From contig JBHGNT010000003.1 of NCBI GenBank assembly GCA_043228905.1, positions 13,640,001-13,704,000 of the forward strand: a stretch of DNA of 64,000 bases. The letters are read 5' to 3'. Below, piece after piece: positions 11,890 to 26,400 of the stretch. This DNA is from Azolla caroliniana (taxonomy: Eukaryota > Plantae > Polypodiophyta). Each line of letters begins with the position of its first letter. Positions within the stretch are counted from its first letter, which is position 1. The notes beneath the pieces were generated by a model. It ran no database searches. It saw nothing but the letters and a program-made list of their open reading frames with translations, and had not been told where the DNA came from. The translations under genes were made by a program, and so were the position numbers.

Positions 11890-14836
11890 GAGTCCTCGTT
11901 GCTCGCCGGCTTGTCAATCGGCTAGCCATTCTGGCTCAGCTCTTCATTTGGCATGCTTAGCCAAAATGAGATCAAACTCTCCTCTAGAGTGCTAATTTCT
12001 TCCTCCATCATCATCTCAACCTCACTAGCCTCATCTTCAAAATTTGGCATGGAGTTATCAGGAGTTGGAACAATTGGAAGTGAGTACCAAGAAGCCGATT
12101 CGTCAAATACGACATCATAGCTAACTTGAACCTGTTTGGTCCGGGGGTTATAACGTTTATAACCCTTCCGTTTGTCGGAGTAGCCAACCAAGTTACATTT
12201 CTTGGCTTTGGCATCCAATTTCCTCTGCCTCTCCTTCGACACATGCACATATGCTATGCTGCCGAACACCCTCAAGTGCGCCAAGATCGGCTTCTTCTCG
12301 AAGTACAACTCGTGTGGCGACACTCTACCTCTAGCTACAGATGTCTGATTCTCAAGGTAAATGATCATTCTGACTGCTTCAGCCTAGTAGAACTTGGGCA
12401 TACTCTTCTCTGCCTCTCCTTCGACACATGCACATATGCTATGTTGCCGAACATCCTCAAGTGCGCCAAGATCGGCTTCTTCTCGAAGTACAACTCGTGT
12501 GGCGACACTCTACCTCTAGCTACAGATGTCTGATTCTCAAGGTAAATGATCATTCTGACTGCTTCAGCCTAGTAGAATTTGGGCATGCTCTTCTCTTCCA
12601 ACATCACCTTGGCTGCTTCTTCAATCGTTTGGTTCATCCTTTCGGCCACACCATTCTGCTTCGACATGTACCTATAGGAGAATTCCCATTGAATTTCCTG
12701 CTTTTGCAGATAACTTGTGAACTGGCCAAAAAAGTATTAATTTCCACCATCGGTCCTTAGGCACTTGATTCTTCGGCTTGTCTCCCGTTTGGCTAGGCTC
12801 TTCACCTTTAAGAAGCAGGAGAAGACTTCGCTCTTCTTATTGATCAAGCCAAAAACATTTTTCTTGGTTTGCATTTCTTGAAGTCGTGGGAAGTTGACAT
12901 GGCCAATCCTCTTGTGCCATAAATCAATGTCTAACTTGATTTTTTGTCCCCCCCAGCAAACATCGCGGTGCCGAAATCATTTGTTTCAAGGACGAACATC
13001 CTCTCTTCTTTGTGCCCTTGCACGATGATTTGGCCTTCCTCCTCGATGAAGCACCCGAGATGAGTGATTCACCAGACTTGCATCCCCTAGTCGATGATTT
13101 GTCTAGCTGATACTAGAGTCTTTGTGATCGTTGGGACGTGCAGAACGTTCCTCATAATTCCTCTCTGGCCGACATGGCTCAGAGGGACGTCTCCGATGTG
13201 CTCGATGAGGTGAGGGGTGTTGTCGTTGGTTTTGACGACCCCTGGCTATTCCGACTTCTCAAGGTGAGAACCACTCTTTGTGGTTCATCATGTGGTTAGA
13301 CGCTCCGGAATCCACATACCACTTGTCCTTCTGTTTCAAGGTGATCGCCGACATCGAATTCACCATGTGCTTCATCACAAATGCAGAGCCAGTTCCAGCT
13401 CACCTTGTGCCTTCAGCGTAATGCGATCTCTGTCATCTCTCAGAGTCGGCTCTGCTTGATCCAGCTTTGTCTTAATATGCCCGTTTCTTCCAGGACTCGC
13501 TCTCCTTATGGCCCTTCTAGTCACAATACTAGCAGTCGGTGGCTTTGTTTTGTTGGCTTCTAGGTCCACCTTGACTCTCGTTGCCTGTTGAGGGTCCATT
13601 ACTACAGTCGACACCCCTATGCCTCCGATTCTGCTCTTGTCGGTCACTATTATTGCGTGTCGATCTGCCGCATCCACCATGACCACGGGGCCTATTTGCC
13701 TCCAAGTACAACATCTTGTTGTCGGTGTGCGTGCTCTTGATGCACCCATGTGGTTGTCCTCTACAAGGAGCATTAATTGCAGGTAAAAAAAGGATGGTAG
13801 CTTCTCCCTCGTGCAAGCGGTCATCCGAATAGGCTCGTATTTCTACGCTAGACCATATAGGCAAATCTACACCATCTTATCTTCGTCTACCCAAAATATT
13901 GATGGATCCCAGCAAATCATAGATTTGTTTGATCTTGGTGGTGTAGTTAGTGACCGACATACCTGCTTGTTGGACATTGTTGAGCTTCTGGCGAGCTACA
14001 ACTTCTAGGTTGTGGTGTTGGCGACAAAGACCCTCTTCAGTTTCCCCAAGCATCCTTCGGCAACATTGCATCCCTGATGTAGCTGAGCATCTAATCACTC
14101 ATATAGGACACGAAGCAGTACAAGACTCGGCTTGCAACTTCCACCCAGGTTGGAAAGTCTCTGTGTGATGGCTCCGGTGCTGCATCATTTGCTCCTTCCA
14201 CATAATTCCAATACCCGTGTCCGAGCAAGTACTAGTGCATCTTGTATGCACAAGATGCATAATTGCTCCTGTCGAGCTTTTCTGTCAGAAGGGAGCTATC
14301 CATTCCTTTGTCCATGTTCTTATGAATCGTTGTTTAGAGACCAAAAGCTTTTCTGTGCTGCAAGTGCTCATTGGTTGTAGAGGATTTTTCAACCCTCACG
14401 CTCTGATACCATGAGAAGAATTAGATGCGGAAGCTCGTACACAAGACACAACCCGCTTCGCTGGACAATAACACATAGTTAGGTAAACACAGAGAATGGA
14501 AAGTACACAGGGAGAGAGAGACTGAATGAGGAGACAAACAAGAAAACTCTATTTCAAAAAAAAAAACTTGGTACAAAACAATGTGCTCATAAAGCACTTT
14601 ATATACAAGCCTCTTACATAGGCTGACTCAAGTACTGACAAGTACTTTAATGCTCACCCACGAGCTCTGACACTATATGTCTATAATATTCCTATTTAAA
14701 AGAGGAATGTAGGCCTTTAACGGCTTGTCGGTACCAAGCCAATCTGGTTGTTAGCTTCTTCAACCGATCTTCCTCAGCCGACTTGGCTATCGGCTTCTTC
14801 AGCCGATCCAGCTCATGTTGAGCTTGTCTCTTAACA
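11890..14836 (-). mobile_element. Decayed Ty1/copia 5' half (LTR, PBS, gag, protease, GAG-pre, integrase)
   Basis: PBS reverse complement 'gctctgatacca' at ~14400-14411, LTR ~14412-14836. gag motif YKMHxYLLGHGYW, protease WYVDSGASNHM, integrase HLRVFGSIAYVHV. Internal ~185-bp tandem duplication (~12230/12415). An extra LTR fragment follows at ~14840-14980. Confidence 0.9.
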
Positions 14837-15975
14837 TTTGCTAAAATAGGAATATAGGCTCCTAACGGCCTGTCGGCTCCCAATCGATCGGGCTTTTGGC
14901 TTCTTCCGCAGATCCTAGTAGTCGATTCGGTTGTCGGCTTCGTTAGCCAATTCGGCTCATGTTGAGCTTGTCATTCAACAAGAAAGTTGAGAAGCAACGT
15001 CAATTTGAGAATTCAATAAGGTCACAATTTAAAATAAATATCCATTGCCACTCATCTCAAGCATTTTGAAATGTCTCGGTGGAGCAAAATACTTTGTAGG
15101 GCATAAAACCTTGTGAAGTTTCAATTGAGGGAATTGAAGAGTTCTTTAAATGTTTGTTATGGACATTTTGATTACATTCTATGCCTTTTGATATCACAAA
15201 TATACCAACAATTCTTCAACATATATGACAAATGACATTTTCCAAGAAATAGATCAAATTCTCACGAACATCAAGGGATTGGAGGAATTATGAGAGCATG
15301 AACACATACAAATGATTGACATAAATGTTCTATGAGGCAACTCAAATGAAAAGATGAAGATAGGAGGAATTGGAGTAGAATTTTTTGGGGCAAGGAGGAG
15401 ACCCAAGAAGAGAATAACATAAAGCAATGAGACAATAGACAAAACAATTATAAAGGTAAAAGTTTATGCATTTGTAATTATAGTTATTTCTTTCAATTTG
15501 CGGCTACTTTATTGCAAATGCAAGTCCATGGTTTTCTTAATACATGGGTGGTTTTAGAATCTAATTTAAACCTAGCTTGAAATTCGATGTTTTCAAATTT
15601 TTGGTTGAATCGTGGCTCCAGTATTGTGTTGAGAAACACAAGAAAGGTTGCAATGTTGCCTCAAAAGATGATCATGCACAACTTCACCAAGGGTTCCAAC
15701 TATTGAACAATGATCAAAGATTTGCCTAAACATCACATGTATGTTTTTCTAATTCAATTTTCCTTGGTTACAAAAAATGTGAACTCATAAAATGTAAAGT
15801 TGTAAGACCTAAATGGTCAATGTGCACTCGTAGAATGTGTTATACCATATTACAGTCAAAAACATATTGATGTTTTTTGCTTCGCCCAAGCTTGATTTCT
15901 CAACATTCTCTAGCCCATTCAACCAATGTAATGCTCAAATTTGGACTTCACTAACCTAATAACTATCTACCCTTC

Positions 15976-16455
15976 AAGTTGTTTTACCTTTAGTGTGAAA
16001 CACTTCCCCTTTCTCCATTGTAATAAACATTGTTGCTTCCTCCCCTTTCCTCTATTCATGTACAAACAAGTAAACATTGATATTGATCTCATTCCACATC
16101 TCATACTGATGCCACAAAATTCTCTAGGTGTTTTATATGTTCAACATGTGTTCAATCATTGTGAATTCCCTGCAACACCTGCAACACGTTTGGATTCTAC
16201 CTTCTCCATGCTTACTACTCTTGAAGTTGTTTTACCTTTAGTGTGAAACACTTCCCCTTTCTCCATTGTAATAAACATTGTTGCTTCCTGCCCTTTCCTC
16301 TATTCATGTACAAACAAGTAAACATTGATAGTGATCTCATTCCACATCTCATACTAATGCCACAAAATTCTCTAGGTGTTTTATATGTCCACCATGTGTT
16401 CGATCATTGTGAATTCCCTGCAACATGTTTGGATTTTACCTTCTCCATGCTTACA
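15976..16455. repeat. Two-copy ~248-bp tandem duplication in unassigned AT-rich sequence
   Basis: 'aagttgttttacctttagtgtgaaacacttcccc...ttctccatgcttac' starts at both 15976 and 16224. Confidence 0.85.
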
Positions 16456-18805
16456 TATTCCCTTGAACAATTCACAACAAAATCTGTCCTCAATGTTTGT
16501 GAATTCCATTTGGCATTTAGATTCATCGACTGGTCTATGAGTCTTGATTCCATGGTCCTCAATGTTTGTGAATTCCATGTTTGATGGTTTCCACCTCCAC
16601 TCAAATCTCCTCTAGTAGTCTTGTTCAATGATACATACCATGAAAAGTACTATCAGAAAAATAGCAAAAACGTAAACAAAGAATCAATATAGAAAACAAT
16701 GGAGAAGGCCCTAATAGCTCGCAAACACATAAATAGAGATTTGATATAAAAAACAATGGAAAAGACGAGCATTACATTAGAAAAGCATCACAACACAGTC
16801 AACAATAGATAATAACATTACAGAATCACTAGCTCATGTACTCCTAAGATTAAATCAAATTACAACATGGATTATAATGAAAAAAGAACCTTAGAGAACT
16901 CTTGAAGATTCCATTAATGCATTTAATTGTTAACACCAATAGCAAGCAAGCGACTACATCAACTTGAGTCACATCCCCATTAAGCACGGTTAATACTAAG
17001 GCATTTGTGCACATGGAACATAGAATTCATATGGATTTTGGTTTTGGATCCCTTATCTTTGGGCGTATTTGTTACTTGTTGAATGTTGAATGTAGCACAT
17101 TCGTCTTTTAAAAGGACATTTTCTGAATGAACTCTTTTCTTACTCGTTCATAAGATGTATTAAGCTTCAATAAAATCAACAAAACATTATTGATATTAGG
17201 CTATCATTTACATTATTTGTAATGGCTCCATTATGAAGGAACCCAAGTAAGAATGAACCATCATTACAATAGTCAAAAAAGTCCAACAATGACGTAAATA
17301 AGACTGATGTAAAGAAAATGATATGAGGTGTAAAACCCCCTTTCATTAGTTCAAAAGAGAGATCAGAGTTTTTTTTAATTAAAATAGATAAGTCAATGGT
17401 ATGATGGATACAAAAAGGATTCCCAACTTTCATCATTACTTCAAAATAGAGAAGACATTTCATGAGTTCCAAATAGATATGCCAATTATACTAGATACAA
17501 AAAGATCACCATTAAAGTAAAAAATGAATGGATCACAATGACATGCTTGCATGTGGACCAAGAACAAGCTACAGAGCATGAGTGAGATAGCAAGAATTCA
17601 TCTAGGGGCTGACAAAGAAATGGTCAATGGTTCGATACCGAAAGTGTATTGTAGTATTAACTGGAAAAATAGATGAGTCTCGAATTACGATTGGCTTATA
17701 CTACATAGAAATATATTTGCTTGAGCATTAGGTAACCCTTTTAACTGGAATGCAACTCACCAAGTTATGCCCCATTTTGCCTGCAATGTTCCACATCCCT
17801 TTGGTAGTAGAGTGTAACCTCACCATTTTATGACCACTTCTACTCAAATATGGTATGGCATCAGATTTGCTCAAGAAACACTGCCACCATTCTCACAACG
17901 CATTATTTTGACACCAAATTCAACATCACACAAGAACAAATTTATCTCGCATTGGAACATTAAGGAAGGAACTCTCTAGCTTACAAGTTAGTACCTATTT
18001 CTCCTTTTTACAGACTCGAGGTCAACAAACCTCTTTCTATGTCCAATGAGATAAAGTCCATCTTTATGTCAGCAGTGATGGGTTTATTTTAATTGCCGGG
18101 TTCCTCAGCAACTCACATGCATATAACTTGAACAGAATCAAATAACTCACTTGCATTGAACTACTCCCCCAATGCGCTAATACTAAAACTGAATTATGAA
18201 GCCTGCACACCAACAAGAGTAATAGAGGAATTTACTTCATGAAATCTGGCATCACGGAGAAACCTGACTTTTTTCCTTCATTTCTAGGAAACGACCTTAG
18301 ATTTGTTTTTTGTATTTTCTCAAATGCCTTTGGTCCAGCCCCAAAAGAGCGAGTATACATGTTATTCGAGCAAATATACGAATTTTCCCAAATGCCATGC
18401 CCTTGATCCAAAGCCCAAAAGTGAAAATCTATGTGATATTTGAGCAAAGATATGGTCGGTTCACTCCTTTTGTCTCTCTCTTTGAGAGGTTGGCCAGCAG
18501 ATTCAATCAAAGGCACAGGATCAGGGACATTAACCACAATTTATTAAAAAGAAGTAGATACACATCCGTCTTCACTCTATAACTCAGGTAGATAAACATA
18601 TGATGCCACTTAATAAATTACCGGTAAGAGCATATAATAATATACATATAAAAGAGAAGTGACACATTACATATACATATCTTCAATCAGGCTGCCAGAG
18701 TACAATAACGGCAACAATGGACAAGTATTTTAGCTATAAAATTGAGATTCACATTGATAACGATCACATACATACCAAAACATGGTTCGAATTCCTGATT
18801 CCATT

Positions 18806-19920
18806 TCACATGCCAAGCAAAGACTTCAACCACCATGTACCCTTGTCATTTACACTCTTCTCCTCCTCCCCACCTGTAGGTTGCTGCTCGGGTTCATCTT
18901 GCTCAGTCCTCTGTACCTTAGACACATCGTATCCCTCTGTCTCAGCATATGCCAGAAGCTCAGAGTAGATATCATCGCTTAATTTAGGAGTTCGGCTAAG
19001 AACCTACAAAACAACCGCAGAGTTCAGATTTCAATTTTCCATAGTTCTAAAGTGAAAAGTATCTTGTAGAAGCAAGCCAGCCAGCCAGCCGCAAACTGAC
19101 TAAAGATGATAAATTAGAAACTAGTTGCAAACAAAGGCAACAAAAGATAAAGGCTTGGAAGAGGTTCATAGAGACGCAATACATAAAATTAGAATTAAGG
19201 AGCACATAATTCTATAACTCTTTTTAACTAAAAATCCAAGGAGCCATCAAAGAGAACAAACATTGAGATGGAAGTATGGATGGATGGATGAGGCTAAAAA
19301 GAGTTGAAACAAACGCCTGGAAGAGATTGAATTCGTTGGGGGGGGAAGCACTACATAAAAAGTAAAAATAAAAATAAAAAGAAGATGATATGTAGCTTTA
19401 ATTAAAACATGGAAAAGAAAGAGCAAACAAAGATTCAGATGGAAATATGGAGGAGGCTAAAAAGAGAGATGAAGAAGAAGAAGAAGAAGAAGAAGAAGAA
19501 GAAGAAGAGCATGCTAACCCAAAGAAAATTCCTGGAGGGCTGACCGACAAGGGCCCATGTATAATGCTCCTCATCAAGGCGCATGATCCAGTAGTCTCCT
19601 GTGACGGGATAGAGAGGTAGGAAAGGGGGCACCCAAAAGCGGACGAGAAGCTTTGCGTCTGCGCTGGCGGGATCAGCTTTCCAAGCCGACCCTTGGATGG
19701 ATGCGCGCTTCCTGCCTCCTCCCTCCCCTGTCCACGTCTGATTCAGGACATGGACACTTCCATCACTCCTAAGCCTGTAAGTTGCACTTGTGTTCTTTCC
19801 ATCCTTTGGCTGGAATCGAGAGGGCACGCTGGCGATCTCGTACCACACCCCTTGGTACCGCTCCAGATCCACTCCGCTCACCACACGCAGGGGCTGTTGT
19901 AACTGCTTGGGCTTCACCAT
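18806..19920 (-). CDS. TIL: Temperature-induced lipocalin (TIL), 2 exons, 199 aa
   Basis: Exon 1 is 19920-19519 (MVKPKQ...VDLERYQGVWYEIAS..PSRFQPKDG..T.ATY...KLLVRFWVPPFLP..PVTGDYW..ALVGQPSRNFLW). A GT-AG intron follows. Exon 2 is 19003-18806 (VLSRTPKLSDDIY...GYDVSKV.RT.Q...KGTWWLKSLLGM*). Lipocalin SCR1 (GxWYEIA), SCR3 (LWxLSR) and the TIL-type C-terminus are present. Confidence 0.95.
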
Positions 19921-20469
19921 GCCTGCTCGCTCTGCTGATGGCGATGGCGATGGCGATGGCGATGGCGGAGAGAGAGCTTGGAAGAAAAGAGAAACCTCAG
20001 GGTGCAGAAGAAGAAAGAAGAAGAAAGAAGAAGAAGAAGACCGACAAGACAAGCTGAAAGACAGACAGAGATATCGGATATGTGATAGATAGGTGACTGA
20101 CTCCCAACTTCGCTTGGCTCAGCTTGGGCGTTCTTTCTTTCTTTCTTTCTTTCTTTCTTTCATACCATCATTTCTTTCTTTCTCTCTCTCTCTCAGTCGG
20201 TCATTGGAGTTCCATCAAAGTGTACGGGTTTAGGGTTGTCATTGGCTAAGGGTAGGGTTTAGGGCTGTCATTGGAGTTCCAAGGACTCCAATTCTATATA
20301 TGTATGTACAATACTCGGCCATGAAACATACACCTTTCTAGATAACTTTAGCTATGTAACCATGAAAGATGTATGGGAGTTTCCCAGTAAAAAACAATAT
20401 AATTGCACGATCATAGAATACATCAAAAGATTGCAACACTACCTTAGCATCAACATCCACATCATGCAC

Positions 20470-23400
20470 TGTGAATGTTAATGTGCGGAAGCATCAGACA
20501 GAACCGGTTCAACCGGATAGCAACAGAAAATGAGATGAAGGTTTAATGGAAAAGCTTCAAACACAGAGGCGACAGAGAGAGCAGAACATAAAACTATATT
20601 CCAAAAATTAACTCTAAAACTCTGTACATACAACGTGCTAAACAACACAATTTATACAAGTCCATAAGGGATAGACAGGTACTTCAATGCTCACACATGT
20701 GATTGACACTAACTACGAGACAATGATTACCTAGTAGTCTAGGCTACTACTAGGCTTTCGGTTCTCCGATCCGACCGGTTGTTTCCGGATACCGATCTGG
20801 CTCAAGCTTATTCAGCCGATCCGGATCCGGTTGAGCTTACTCGCTCAACACTCCCCCTCAAGCTCAACTTGAGGTCGGATCATGGTGTTAGTGTCCGTAG
20901 TAGTCGGTTCTTCTACCCGGCTCCTTCTAGCGTTGCTCCGCCTCGCTTGCATTCCTCGTCTCGTCCGGTCTTGTTTGTCGCGACCCTTCTGGTTTTGCGC
21001 ACCTCGACCTCCTCGGTCGGTTTGTCTGCTCAACAGGCCCATTTCAGCTCCCTCACTACTGCGACTCCGGTGCTTGTCAACCCATCGGTTCCTTCGTGTT
21101 GGCGTCGACTTTCGCTGCGTCCTTGTCCGCTTGGCCTTTAGTTGATCTGGCTTCTCCGAATCTTGAATCGAATCGATTTCCTTTGATTTGTTCCAGCTCT
21201 TGTCCGAGTCGGTGTTCTCCAACTCGTCTTTCGGTTTCAGGCCCTTCACCACACAGGACCACGTCCGGGTCTTGGCCGTTTTCTTCCCGTCGGCTCTGTC
21301 CTTCTTGACTCTGCCGCCGCTGCCGCTTGTTCCGACCTTTTCGGATGTGCCGACACCTTTGGTCGGCTTGGTTTCCTTTTTCCTCTTGTCTCCCCCTTTG
21401 TTGGTTCTTTCTTCCTCTCCGACTCCTTGTTTGGTGCCATCCGTTCCCTTTCCTTGTCTCCCCCTCAAGTGCGGCACATTGAGATGTTGAATACCAAGCA
21501 TTTCGATGAAGTGCTGCAACTTGTCTGATCCGAGTGGTTTGGTGAAGATATCGGCAATATGCCGATCCGTTTGAACATACCGAAGTTCTACTTCACCGCT
21601 CAAAACCCGCTCACGCACAAAGTGATAGTGGACTTCTATGTGCTTCGTCCGAGCATGGAACATAGGGTTCTTGCCGAGCTGAATGTTGCTCATATTGTCA
21701 CAATAGAGCAGGATCAGGGCCGGGACCTCAAACTGCAGGTCTTGCAGCAGTCGCCAAAGCCAAATGGCTTCACAGGTGGCATTGGTAGCGCCCTGGTATT
21801 CAGCCTCAGTGCTCGACACAACCATTGCTGGCTGCTTTTTGCTGCTCCACGCAACAGTCACCCTACCTAGAGAAAACATGTAACCGGAGGTGGATCAACG
21901 ATCCGATGCATCACCAGCCCAGTCGGCATCTGTAAATTTGACTAATGCTTTGGTTATACCATGCCGGTATAACAGTCCGCGGTCCTTTGTGTTGCTCACA
22001 TACCGGAGTATTCGGTGTGCGCACTGAAGGTGCTCAACGGTCGGCTTCTGCATGAATTGGCTGATCACTCCGACCAGGTAATTGAGATCGGGTCGAGTGA
22101 TTGTCAAGTATATCAGGCTTCCGACAATTTGCCGAAACCGTTTCTCATCGTAGGCCGGTCTGGAGTCGGGACAGAGCTTCTGGTTCTGGTCCAGGGGTGT
22201 GGACACAAGTCGGCACTCCGTCATACCGAACTTGTACAACATATTCAACACATAGTGTCATTGTGAGAGCAATATGCCATCGAGGGTTCGGATCACCTCG
22301 ATCCCAAGAAAATAATGAAGGTCCCTCAGGTCCTTCATTTCAAATGCGTCCGACAACTAGGACTTTACTCGGCCGATTTCATTGAGTCCGGGTCCGGTGA
22401 TGACTAAATCATCAACATAAAGTAGGATGCAAACCGGACCGTTCGGACCTTGTCGAATGAACAACGACGAGTCGGATTTAGAGGTCACAAACCCCATCTT
22501 ACACAACCGGTGTTTCCAAGCTCGGGGGGCTTGTTTTAGACCGTAAAGTGACTTCTTAAGCCGGCACACCGCCGACTTGTTCATCTCCGACTGAAAACCG
22601 GGAGGTTAGATTATATAGACCCGTTCTTCAAGGTCACCTTGAAGAAACGCATTCTTCACATCCATTTGGTGAAGATGCCACCCCCTTGCCGCAGTAATCG
22701 CTAGTACCACACGAATCGTCGTCATCTTCGCTACTGGGGCGAAGGTCTCGTCATAATCAATTCCCTAGGTCTGTGCATATCCCTTCGCCACTAATCGGGC
22801 CTTGTACCGGTGAACCAAACCGTCGGCATGGTACTTTTCCTTGTACACCCATTTGCAACCGATCGATTTATAGTGTCGGGGAGGGTCAATGAGGTCCCAT
22901 GTGTCGTTGGCATCTAGTGCCCGCATTTCTTCCTCTATAGCGGCACACCAATTTGTGTCCTTTGCCACTTCTGCGTAGCTCTCCGCCCATGCACTTCCGC
23001 AACCTTAGTCATGAACGCATAATGATGCACCATGTACTTATTGTACCCGTACCGTTGTCGTGAAGATCCGTCACTAAGTGCGGATCGTGAGGCGGAACCG
23101 CCGGGGTTCTGGACCGAAAGGACTCAAAGTTTGCACAAGCTTTAGCAAGAAAGGATTTAAGTTAGATTGAAAGAGAGAGAGATTGAGATAAGATAGAACG
23201 CTTGATTTTAGATTGAGAGAGAGATTAAGATTGAACTCTTGACTTTAGAATTGAAGAACAAGATTAATACATCAATTGGATAATGAATTTTCTTCTTAAT
23301 ATTAATTTTGATATAAAGTACAAAGCTTGCTTCATAAAAATCCCCAAAAATTTTACATTAGTTCATCTAGACAAAAGTGACTCAAGTCCAACTTTTTCTT

Positions 23401-26400
23401 ATGTGCTCTTATGACATAGATGAAATATGATGGATCTCAATTTGCTTATATAGCTAGAGCCTAAACTCTTCCTATCTATGTGGGATATTTCACAGTTTTA
23501 TTTTTCTTTTTTTTTTTTTTTTTTGCAAGACTTTATACCCACATAACTTGACACTTAGATGTTCGTTTCTTATGTAGTAAAAAGCATTCGAAAGCTCTTG
23601 AAGACCTCCATCTTCACGTACCAAGATATTAAGCTAATCTAAAATAGTATCTTCTCTATTATTGTTTCATGTCTCGTGTGAAGAACCACACTTGATTTTA
23701 TACGTTCCATGCAATTTTCACACCGTTGCCGAAAATCTTCACGACACCGCGTAACGGGGTTCTTCAGGCAGGATGACCGGCGTAACTTGGTATTACCCAG
23801 TTTGGGGCCCTTCTTAGCCAGGTCGGACTTCGTTCCCGAAGATCCGCCTTCATCCTTTCCGGAGTCGAATTCACTCCGATTCGACTCAATGTTTCCGGTT
23901 TCGTATTCCGACATCTTCTTCTCCCCCTTCTCTTTGCTCGTGAACCGTCTCCTCGGTTCCTTGCGAGGGAGAGCACGGCAGAGTCTCCACTACGCGTCGG
24001 TTCCTCATCCCAACTTAGACGCTCATTCGGTCCACTTAGCCGGAATGAGATCAGACTCTCTTCTAGAGTGTCGAAGTCTTCATCTTCTAGCTGGACCTCC
24101 TCGGGCTCACTAGCCTCATCTTCCGGAATCAGGTCTTCGTCGAGAGTTGGAGTTGGTAGGGAGTACCATGATGCCGTCTCATCAAACTCGACATCTTGGC
24201 TTACTCGAACCTGCTTGGTCCGGGGGTTATAACACTTATACCCCTTTTGCTCATGTGAGTAGCCGACTAGAATGCACTTCTCCGACTTTGGATCCAACTT
24301 CCTCCGCTTCGCATTTGGTACATGCCGAAATGCTATGCTACCGAATATCCGAAGGTGTCTCAAATTCGTCTTTCGCCCAAAATACAACTCATGTGCTAAC
24401 ACCTTGTCACAGATCCGGTTTTGGATGTAGACGGTCGACCGGACTGCCTCGGCCCAATAGAAATGGGGCATGCTCTTCTCCTCCAGCATTGCCATGGCCG
24501 CGTCAACAATCGACCGGTTCTTCCTTTCGACCACACCATTTTGCTCTGGTGTGTACCTGTAGCTGAATTCTCTCTGAATTCCGTTCTGTTGCAAATAACT
24601 ATTGAATTGGCTGGAAAAGTATTCTTTCCCACCATTTGACCGCAGGCACTTTATCTTCCTCTCCATTTCCCGTTCAACCAAGCTTTGAAGGTTCCAGAAA
24701 CACTCGAAGACTTTGCTCTTCCTCTCGATGAGGTAGATCCTTGTGTGCTGGCTGTAGTCGTCGATGATGGAGACGGAATACCGACTCCTACCAAGACTAA
24801 CATTTTGTGCCAGTCCCCATACATCCAAATGGATTAAATCGAGCTTGTTATGGCTCCGGTTTCGATCGGTGGGGAATGGAAGCCAATGTTGCTTCCCGAG
24901 TTGGTAGGCTTCACAAATTTTGGCATTCCGGCCGCTCAATTTCGGCAAACCGAAAACGACTTGTTTTGATTGCAGGTCTTGAAGCCTTCAATAATTGACA
25001 TGGCCGATCCGCTTGTGCCACAAGTCGATGTCTGATTCGACCTTCTGCTATTTCGCAAACATAACGGTGCCGACATCATTAGTGTTGAGGATGAACATCC
25101 TCCCGTCTCTATGCCCTTGCGTAATTATCCGGTCCTCTTCCTCGATGAAGCACCCTAGGTGCGTAAACCGCACCTGCATCCCCTGGTCGACGATTTGCCC
25201 AACTGACACCAGGTTCTTTGTGATAGTCGGAACGTGTAGTATGTTCATCAGCTTCCCCTTTTTTCCGACATGGCTTAAAGGGACTTCTCTGACATGCACA
25301 ATCGAGTGAGGGGTGTTGTCTCCGGTTTTGACAATCCTCGGTTGTTCTGGTTTCTCCAAAAAAGAGAACCGCTCTTCATGGCTCGTCATGTGGTTGGACA
25401 CTCCGGAATCAACGTAACATACTTCCTTTGATCCAGAAGTAGTCTTCTTCATTGAGTTAGCCTTGTGCTTCATCACAAAGGTTGGCCCTTTATCGGTTTT
25501 CTCGATTCCGGATCATTCTGATCCTTCCGCGTAGTGCGAGCTTTGCCGGTTCTCCCGACTGGTTTTGCCAGATCCGGATTTGTCCGAATCGGCGCACTTC
25601 TTCCAGCAGTCACTTTCCTTGTGGCCTTTTTCGCCACAGTACCAACATTCCGTGTCGGCCTTTCCTTGCGGCGCCGCTTTGACTCCCCTTGCTTGTGGAG
25701 GGTCTAGAACTGCTGTTGGCACATCCTCTGTGCCTCTAGTCCTGCTCTTGTTGGCCGCCTCCATTGCGTGCTGACCCACCTCGTCCACCACGTCCATGGG
25801 GCCGATCTGTCTCCGTGTATAGCATCCGACCGTCCGATTGAGTGGTCCTTGACCCACTCGTGTGGTTTTCTTTGACCATCAACATCAATTGCAAGTCGAA
25901 GAAGGACAGTGGTTTCTCCCCGGTGTAGATTGTTGTCTAGATTGGCCCGTACCTTTGCGCTAGACCACCGAGGCAAATTTGTACCATCTTGTCCTCGTCC
26001 ACCGTCACGTTGATGGACCCGAGTGCGTCACAAATCTCCTTTATCTTGGTGGTGTAGTCCGTAACTGACATGTCTCTTTACCGGATGTTGTTCAGCTCTT
26101 GCCGGAGCTGCAACTTACGAGCTGTGGTACTTGCGGCGAAAATCTTCCGTAGATTTTCCCAGGCCTCCTTCGACGTCTTTGCATCCTTGATGTAGCTGAG
26201 CATTTGATCATGCACACCGGACACGAGACAGTACAGTACCCGACTCGCTCCTTGCTCCCATACCGAGAAGTCTTTGTGTGACGACTCCGATGCTATTTCA
26301 TTTGTTCCTTCCACGAAGCTCCAATATCCATGCCCCAGCAGGTATTGGTGCATTTTATATGACCAAGACGCATAGTTGCTTCGGTCGAGCTTCTCTGTTG

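Noticed and set aside
15000-18600. Possible ancient TE or LINE remnants
   Set aside because: Too degenerate to assign. Only the tandem duplication is supportable.
19921-20052. N-terminal extension of TIL suggested by the 205-aa ORF
   Set aside because: It starts at a non-ATG codon in a CT/TCGCCA-repeat 5' UTR. The ATG at 19920 gives a normal TIL length, and the ORF's 3' end runs into the intron.
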